A stretch of 64,000 bases of DNA from Octopus sinensis (lineage: Eukaryota): assembly GCF_006345805.1 (NCBI RefSeq), contig NC_043007.1, positions 33,914,001 through 33,978,000 of the forward strand, given 5' to 3'. Below the pieces are notes generated by a model. That model worked only from the letters and a program-made list of their open reading frames with translations, was not told where the DNA came from and ran no database searches. Positions within the stretch are counted from its first letter, which is position 1; every line of letters begins with the position of its first letter. A program made the translations under genes and the position numbers. This document shows positions 56,131 to 64,000 of the stretch, in pieces.

Positions 56131-56347
56131 GTGACCGCGTGTGTACCGTTGGTGATTTTTTTTCATTTTTTTTCCCTCCGTCTTCCCTTCTCTGGATCTT
56201 TCCTTCTCCTATGTTTCCGACGAAGAGCTCCGCTCGAAACAACGTTAAACCCTCCTTCTTTCCTTCTTTCCTGAGCGTCCAATAATACTATATTTGTTCC
56301 ACGTCCTCGCGTTGTTGTGTTTTTTTGTGCTTTCTTGTTTGGATTAA
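56131..56347 (+). mobile_element. ~200-bp Penelope-like repeat with hammerhead-like motif
   Basis: GTTT-CCGACGA-A-GAGC-TCC-GCTC-GAAAC-AACGTT-AAAC at 56213-56250; abuts (TG)n; same family as 18261-18454. Confidence 0.7.
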
Positions 56348-56459
56348 TTTTGTATTTTATTTTGTAATTTTATTTGTATCGTTTTTACGTCCTGTTTGTG
56401 TCACATTTTTTTTCTTTCTTGTTTTTACCCCTCTGCGAAGTAATTTTATTTAATTCTTT

Positions 56460-56765
56460 CGCAGGAAGGGCTAGTTCGACGAGTCGTGTTCTGTCCTCAC
56501 CTTCGAAACACGCTGTAGTTGAACTAGAGACAGCTGATGAAGGGGATTTTTCCTTGTGTAGTTTGTCTTGTACTCTGATTTTTGGTGTACAAATTGGTCC
56601 GTTCCATGTTTGTTTTTACGTTTTCGTTTCTCGTTCAGTTCTACGTCTATTTGTGGTGTCCTGTACTCACGTATATATATTTATATATGCATGTATATAT
56701 ACATGTAGATGTAGGTACGTACATATATGTATGTATGCATATATTTTATTTATTACACTATTGTA
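56460..56765 (+). mobile_element. Second Penelope-like family copy with CTGATGA motif
   Basis: Homologous to 45813-46060; CGAAAC at 56504-56509 and CTGATGAAGGGG at 56534-56545. Confidence 0.55.
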
Positions 56766-56838
56766 TGACTGAGCGCCCTCGCGTCGATTCGATTCGATTC
56801 GTTTCGTTTCGTTTCGTTTCTTCTTCTCCAAGTACTGT

Positions 56839-56874
<36 letters not shown>

Positions 56875-56887
56875 ATATATATATTAG

Positions 56888-56960
<73 letters not shown>

Positions 56961-56975
56961 TAGATAGATAGATAA

Positions 56976-57063
<88 letters not shown>

Positions 57064-57533
57064 GACACACAAGCATACATGCATATATATAAACGTGCGT
57101 CTGCACGCACACGCACTTATCGATTTATGTAAATATTCATATTCAGAAATTTTATTTATACTCTCAACGGTTTGAATGAAAGGTTGCGGTCATGCTGGGG
57201 CACTGAATTCAGTGTGATGGGGTTTATTTCACACGCAATTTCTGGCTTTCTATCTGGATCCATTTCTAGTGGTATACCTAGTTGGACAGAGATACTCTTC
57301 CGTATGTCTCCGTCTGCGATGTGATTTCATCTGGTACCTCATATGAAAACTTGGGCAGACGATTTTTGGAAACATCTATAATGACAACTCGCAATGTGTC
57401 TGAGGTTTCTCGGAAGTGTTGACAACTGTGAGCGCTTGAAAATGCCATCCACTCGTTACTTCAATTGGAGAGGATGAGATCTTTGGAACAACGCGGTGGC
57501 GTCAAGTTCGGAGGATGGCATAGCTTTCAGTAA

Positions 57534-57952
57534 AAGGCGGTGAGCTGGCAGAAACGTTAGCACGCCGGGCGAAATGCGTAGCCGTATTTCGTCTGCCGTT
57601 ATGTTCTGAGTTCAAATTCCGCCGAGGTGGACTTTGCCTTTCATCCTTTCGGGGTCGATAAATTAAGTACCAGTTACGCACTGGGGTCGATGTAATCGAC
57701 TTAATCCGTTTGTCTGTTCTTGTTTGACCCCTCTGTGTTTAGCCCCTTCTGGGTAGTAAAGAAATAGGTATTTCGTCTGCGTTACATTCTGGGTTCAAAT
57801 TCCGCCGAGGTGGACTTTGCCTTTCATCCTTTCGGGGTCGATAAATTAAGTACCAGTTACGCACTGGGGTCGATGTAATCGACTTAATCCGTTTGTCTGT
57901 TCTTGTTTGACCCCTCTGTGTGTAGCCTCTTGTAGGTAGTAAAGAAATTGGT
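57534..57952 (+). mobile_element. SINE family B tandem (full unit plus 5'-truncated unit)
   Basis: Second unit restarts at GGTATTTCGTCTGCCG (~57767); imperfect TSD GG(C/T)ATAGCTTTC(A/G)GT around the pair. Confidence 0.92.
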
Positions 57953-58426
57953 ATAGCTTTCGGTCTCACAGTTGGATTCTAGACCCTCCAGAATCTTCCA
58001 TCTTAATGTTTGTATCAATGTATGTATGTATTCGCATGTATGTATGTATGTATGTATGAGACAATTTAGATATATTTTCTATATGTATATACTCACACAC
58101 ACAAACACATACTTTATTAATATAACTGCAAAAACATCACACAAATATCACAAAAAACTTTACTCAGAGTTTCACTTTCTCGTTCTTCAGGCAGTTGTGA
58201 TCTCCGTAGCGGTCCTTTGTGATATCTTTGGAGCTTTCATAATAAAGCATATTACTCAACCTCCGGTTTTCGAGTACTATTTTTTCCCATCTTGTTTCAC
58301 CTTTTTTACCTTACACGGGTATATATATATCTATATATATGTGTGTTTGTGCGTGTGTGTGTGTGTATTTGTGTTTGATTGCATTATATATTTATATATA
58401 TATATACATATATATGTGTGTGATTG

Positions 58427-58457
<31 letters not shown>

Positions 58458-58911
58458 ATAAATATATATATAATGCATGATATATATATATATATGTGTA
58501 TATATGTATATATATGTATACATGTATATATGTGTGTGTATATGTGTATTTGTGCATGTGTGTGTGTGTGTCTGCTTGTGTGTAATACGGAATTAAATGC
58601 AAAAGTTGACGATAGTTTTGATGATTATGACGATCATCATCAGCATCATCGTCGTCGTGTTGTCATCGTCGTCGCCGTCATTATCATCATCATACTCATC
58701 AGCAGCAGCAGCAGCAACGACGGCGGTATCGAAGAGGGGGCCGTGTAAGAAGGTCACCGGTATTAACATAATAACACACAAGCTCACACAATAAGATGCA
58801 TACAAACCCCGTCCGTATCTAAACACATACACGCGAACGCACACAAAAACATAGTGACTTGAGGAAAAATGAATAAAAACAATTGGGTGTAATAACACAC
58901 CCACTCCTACG

Positions 58912-59293
58912 TAAGCGTGGGAGTGGCTTGCTTACGAACCACATGGTTCCGGTTTCAGTCCCACTGCGTGGCACGTTGGGCAGGTGCCTTCTACTATAGC
59001 CTCGGGCCGACCAAAGCCTTGTGAGTGGATTTGGTAGACGGAAACTGAAAGAAGCCAGACGTGTATGTATATCTATCTGTATATATATATATAATGTGTT
59101 TGTGTGTCTGTGTTTGTCTACCCAACATCGTTTGACAACCGATGGTATTGTGTTTACGTCCCCGTAACATAGCGGTTCTTCAAATAAGTACTAGGCTTAC
59201 AAAGTATAAGTCCTGGGGTCGATTTGCTCGACTAAAGGCGGTGTTCCAGTATGGCCACACTCAAGAAACGGAAACTAGTAAAAGAGTAAAAGA
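58912..59293 (+). mobile_element. SINE family A with small deletions
   Basis: CAGTCCCACTGCGTGGCACGTTGGGCAGGTG...CTAAAGGCGGTG...GTAAAAGAGTAAAAG. Confidence 0.88.
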
Positions 59294-59560
59294 CTAAATA
59301 TTCCTGATCGTTAATATCATTGGCACTTAACAAAGTTGTCCATATTAATGTACGCACAACATCGCGTGCGCATAAACATATACGGACACACAGGATGACG
59401 TGTCAGACACACAGACAGGATACTGCAGAAATATATACAAGAATAGATAAGTCTCTGGTACTGTATGTATATGAATGTGACAATATGCGATGGGTAAATT
59501 GTCTCCATTTTATATTCTTACTTTTTCGCATGAGCATTGTTTAATTTTGTGAACTATGCA

Positions 59561-59633
<73 letters not shown>

Positions 59634-60067
59634 ATATATATATATGTATATATATATGCGTGTGTATATATATATGTATATTGTATATATATATATATGT
59701 ATATAAATATATATGTATATATATATATATGCATATATATTTGTATGTATACGTATGAACATATGCATATGTGTACAGAGATGTATACATATAAACATAT
59801 ACATATATATATATGTACATATATACATATACATATATATATACATGTAAACATATATACATATATATTATATACATACATATATATACATATATACAGA
59901 TATATACTAGATATACACATGTTTGTGTATGAATATATGAAACATGTGTATGTATAAATACATCTGTGTGCGTGCATGTATGCATAAATATCTGCATACA
60001 TGTATATACATATATATATGTATATCATATATATATGTATATATATATATATAATATATATATATAT

Positions 60068-60309
60068 ATATTACTTTATATAATTAAGGGCTCAGTAAAA
60101 TAATTACTTTGCCACATACTGAAATTTTTAGAAATAGCAGCCAAAAATTTTCTTTAGCCATTTCTACTACTTTAAGAAGAATCTCAGGGAGATTCTTCTT
60201 AAAGTAGTAGAAATGGCTAAAGAAAATTTTTTTTGGCTGCTATTTCTAAAATTTCAGTATGTGGCAAAGTAAATTATTTTACTGAGCCCTTAATTATATT
60301 AAGTAATAT
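60068..60309. repeat. Long fold-back hairpin (~120-bp arms, 3-nt loop) in (TA)n
   Basis: 60068-60185 is a near-perfect reverse complement of 60189-60309; loop AGG. Confidence 0.95.
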
Positions 60310-60397
60310 TTTGAATGCGCCTTGAATGGTCCTTTTACATACTGAACACTACTTGGTGAAATTAATTAATAACTAATTGATTTTACCCTAATTATTG

Positions 60398-60448
<51 letters not shown>

Positions 60449-60599
60449 TATATATATTATATATATATACACGTATGCACACACGCGCGCATGCACACAC
60501 ACACACATAATTTTATATGGGCATAGCGTTCTTCATTAAATATTATATTTCATTGAACTTGCACATAATGGTTGTTTTTCTTCATTGCCGGGAAATAAT

Positions 60600-61080
60600 T
60601 GGTTCCAAACAGATGCAAATGCCATCATTGAATTCTTAGCCGAAGAGCTGAGCTGTCCGTCCGACATCCACAGAAGGTTACGGGTTGTTTACGAAGCCGA
60701 CACCATTGGCATTTGCAATGTGCACAGATGAACGGAGAAAATTTAAAGAGCAGAAAATTAGTTTGGGAATTAAAATCACACTATAGGAAACCATCAAATC
60801 CGAATGCTGACCTGAATCGCCAGCGAGTGCAAGAATTAATTCACGTGATTGGACGAATAAGTCATTAGCTTGTTGCTCGACTGGACTGCGGTCGTAATGC
60901 ATTATGCAGTAGAAGAAGACAGTAGAAAAGATTGGATATCAGAATGTGTGTGTCAGGTGGATACCTCGATTCGAATAAGAAGTCTTCTTTGATATACAGA
61001 AAGCGTGGAAAGCCAATGTAGATACGTTTTGATGTGATCTGATTAAACAGATGAAACATGAGTATTTCTTTATGTGCAGG
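60600..61080 (+). mobile_element. Decayed mariner transposase N-terminal half
   Basis: AIIEFL....PSDIHRRLRVVY....NVHR*TEKFK...RVQELI...IGYQNVCVRWIPR (WVPR-like mariner motif) across stops and frameshifts. Confidence 0.75.
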
Positions 61081-61269
61081 AACCGAAAACCCAGTCCATC
61101 TCGAAGGAATCTTCGGAAAGCAATCTTCACATAAATTATGGCGACTGTTTCTTAAAAATCATTTTCCGTTCATTTTCCGGAAGTTGGATGTACTGCGAAC
61201 GACGAACCGTGCACTGTAACACTGAAAAAGGTTAGACAAACTATTACCAATAAAAGAACCATAAGAATC

Positions 61270-61356
61270 TTATTTCTTTACTGCCCACAAGGGACTACAC
61301 ACAGAAGGGACAAACAAGGACAGACAAACGGATTAAGTCAATTATATCGACCCCAG
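61270..61356 (-). mobile_element. SINE family B 3' fragment
   Basis: TATTTCTTTACTGCCCACAAGGG...GGATTAAGTC..TTATATCGACCCCAGT. Confidence 0.8.
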
Positions 61357-61530
61357 TTCAAAACTTGCACTAAGAATAAATATAAGGTAAAATACTACCT
61401 GTTTTTATAGAAAGTTGATGCAGGTAGCTCATCCCGCTCCCTTCGAGTTAAAACTCGAAGTTCATGAAATTGAAAAAACTGCATTATTTAATGGGTTGCC
61501 CCATATAGATATATACATATACATACATAT

Positions 61531-61590
<60 letters not shown>

Positions 61591-62824
61591 ATATATATAT
61601 ATATATATATTGTGTGGTGTGTGTGTGTGTGTGTGTGTGTGTGTCAGTGTGTGTGTGTCAGTGTGTGTGTGTTTGTGTTTGTGTGTGTATATATATATAT
61701 GTATGTATGTATGTATGCATGTATATATGTATGTATAATTTTAATTGCATAGAATTTCAAAGCAAAATCTTTTTACTAGGAAGTCAGTAATTGAAAAGAA
61801 CTATTTACTTGCACACGCAAACACGCACTCACACTCACGCTCACAGACACACATTCAATTTCTTGCAGATGTAGTATTTCATATTTCCATATACACATAT
61901 ACCACATTGAATCACCAATCTGTACTACAACGATTGCCGCAATCCTATATATGTGTACATTGTAATGTATGCACATAGACCGGTATAGCTGCATATATGT
62001 ATATAAAAATTTCGCACACATTCTCACGCAAAGCTTAGTAAAAGTATAAATATGTAAACACATATTCACAGAGGGACTGTGAGACAGACGGGAACCAAGA
62101 ACAAATTTTTAAAAATGTCCGTAAATGTAAAGGAAATGTATGTGATATATATAATACGATATTAATGCATGCAGGTATAAAATATGCATGCAGTCGGTTG
62201 AATGTTTTTGCCGCAAGCAAAATCTGAAAGAAAATATATTAACAGAAAAAAAAAGTGATTGAAATATATTAAGAACAATAAATACAACAAGTTTTAATGA
62301 AATTCAAATTGAAAAATGAAACGATGGAAAAAAGAATATGCACACAGCAATACCTATAACGACAAAAACAAATGACTAGTGCAGTCGATGGAGATAAAGA
62401 AATGTATGTGTTCAAATATGGCCGCCTTCGGTAAATGACTTTACAGAAGAAAAAAAACATTATGTGTTATAAAAATGTTGCAATCGATTTTGAAATTTCT
62501 TCTATGTTATCATTGTAAAAATCAATAATTTTACAGAGGGTGAGGGGAAAAGAGATGGCGGGGGAGAGAAGGGGTGAAAGAACAGAGGCTGGTAAGATGT
62601 GAAACAGGAGAGTAGGAGTTAACTTTTGAGAAACAAGTTGCGAGAATAAGAGAGAGAGAGAGTACGAAAGAAATGAGGTTGATAGAGATGGGGAGTATGA
62701 GATAAAAGTTGAGAGCAAGAAACAAAAAGTCGCTAGAAAACAGATACAAAAATGCATTACTGGAAATAATATGGATCACATATAAGATGATATGAGACGT
62801 GCCCAGGGGTCATACGGTGGACTC

Positions 62825-63090
62825 CTCCCTCTCATTTAGATACGTTTGATGATGCGGATGACTGTGCTGGCCTCAAATACAGATGATCAACAGAAGAAAA
62901 TTAATAAGTTTGACAGTTATGCAAAGGCTGGTCTTAATATCAATACCTCAAACGGACAAGTCTGGAGTTTACACTCTTGCAACACGGCACCTACCATTGC
63001 CAAACATAACTCATTCGATTATATTTAGGACATTATACATCTAGTAAGCCTTATCAGCGAAAACATCAGGAAAGGATGAAGACATCGAAG
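62825..63090 (+). mobile_element. Decayed RTE-like LINE RT fragment
   Basis: DADDCA (YADD-like) followed by Q.KINKFDSYAKAGLNIN and an FDY-LG-like motif. Confidence 0.55.
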
Positions 63091-63122
63091 TAAGGTTTAA
63101 CCACCCACTTCTAGTATATGGA

Positions 63123-63511
63123 GTGGAGGCGCAATGGCCCAGTGGTTAGGGCAGCGGACTCGCGGTCATAGGATCGCGATTTCGATTCCCAGACCAGGCG
63201 TTGTGAGTGTTTATTGAGCGAAAACACCTAAAAGCTCCACGAGGCTCCGGCAGGGGATGGTGGTGATCTCTGCTGTACTCTTTCACCACAACTTTCTCTC
63301 ACTCTTACTTCCTGTTTCTGTTGTACCTGTATTTCAAAGGGCCGACCTTGTCACTCTCTGTGTCACGCTGAATATCCCCGAGAACTACGTTAAGGGTACA
63401 CGTGTCTGTGGAGTGCTCAGACACTTACACGTTAATTTCACGAGCAGGCTGTTCCGTTGATTCGGATCAACCGAAACCCTCATCGTCGTAACCGACGGAG
63501 TGCTTCCATCC
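63123..63511 (+). mobile_element. SINE family C, full length with TSD
   Basis: Near-identical to the 22135 copy; TSD AGTATATGGA at 63113-63122 and 63512-63521. Confidence 0.93.
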
Positions 63512-64000
63512 AGTATATGGAACACATTAGTTGGTTTGTAAGTCAAGGAAATATAGACTTAGGATTCAAGATTGGGTTATATACAAACGGCAAAGCCCAA
63601 CTTATTCTAAAATATCGATTAGAATGCTGGTAAGTGGTTTAAAGAGAAGCTAATGAGATCAGTACTTTTCATAATTGTGTAAGAGAGTATGAAGCGTCTT
63701 GGCACCGCTGTTTAGGCGCTCACTATTGGGTGTCATTTATTCGGTGTCATTTCTTCGACGCAGATTATTAGACATCCGCCATTTTGACGTTTCTATCGTT
63801 CTCTTCCCCTCCTCTCTCTGTTTTTGTGTGTTTGTGTATTTCATTTTATGTAACTCGAGTTCATTTATGAATTATAATCTCTTTCTCTACCCATCTCTTC
63901 TCTCTCCCTCTCCCGCTCTCTCTTTCTCCCTCTTACATTTTCTGCCTGAATGCGTATAATTCTGCCTGAGTATGTGTTTGCTTCCAGCTCCAAAACGTAT

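Noticed and set aside
57240-57520. Possible RTE-X-like LINE C-terminal relic on the minus strand
   Set aside because: Similarity too weak to support by eye
57972-58748. 258-aa ORF with acceptor-like TTCTTCAG at ~58190
   Set aside because: Mostly microsatellite; no convincing donor site or recognisable domain

Overview
Eukaryotic, AT-rich, gene-poor DNA made almost entirely of interspersed repeats and long microsatellites ((TA)n, (TG)n, (GATA)n, (TAA)n, (TAC)n). The SINE families and microsatellite load look like a coleoid cephalopod, most likely Octopus (inference from recalled repeat families, not a database search). I found no supportable host protein-coding exon; nearly all listed ORFs are translated microsatellites or transposon remnants. 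Contents: three recurrent tRNA-type SINE families (labelled A, B, C; several with target-site duplications); non-autonomous Helitrons (TC...hairpin-CTAG), including head-to-tail tandems and a chimera; Tc1, maT-like (DD37D) and mariner remnants; a 2.9 kb 5'-truncated L1/Tx1-type LINE inside a (GATA)n array; R4/Dong-like LINE 3' ends in (TAA)n; and CR1 and RTE fragments. The least routine signal is a ~200-bp microsatellite-associated element, present four times, that carries a minimal Penelope-type hammerhead ribozyme motif with a palindromic ACGU helix III. Alongside it are several long asymmetric fold-back hairpins in (TA)n tracts, consistent with Penelope-like retroelement activity.
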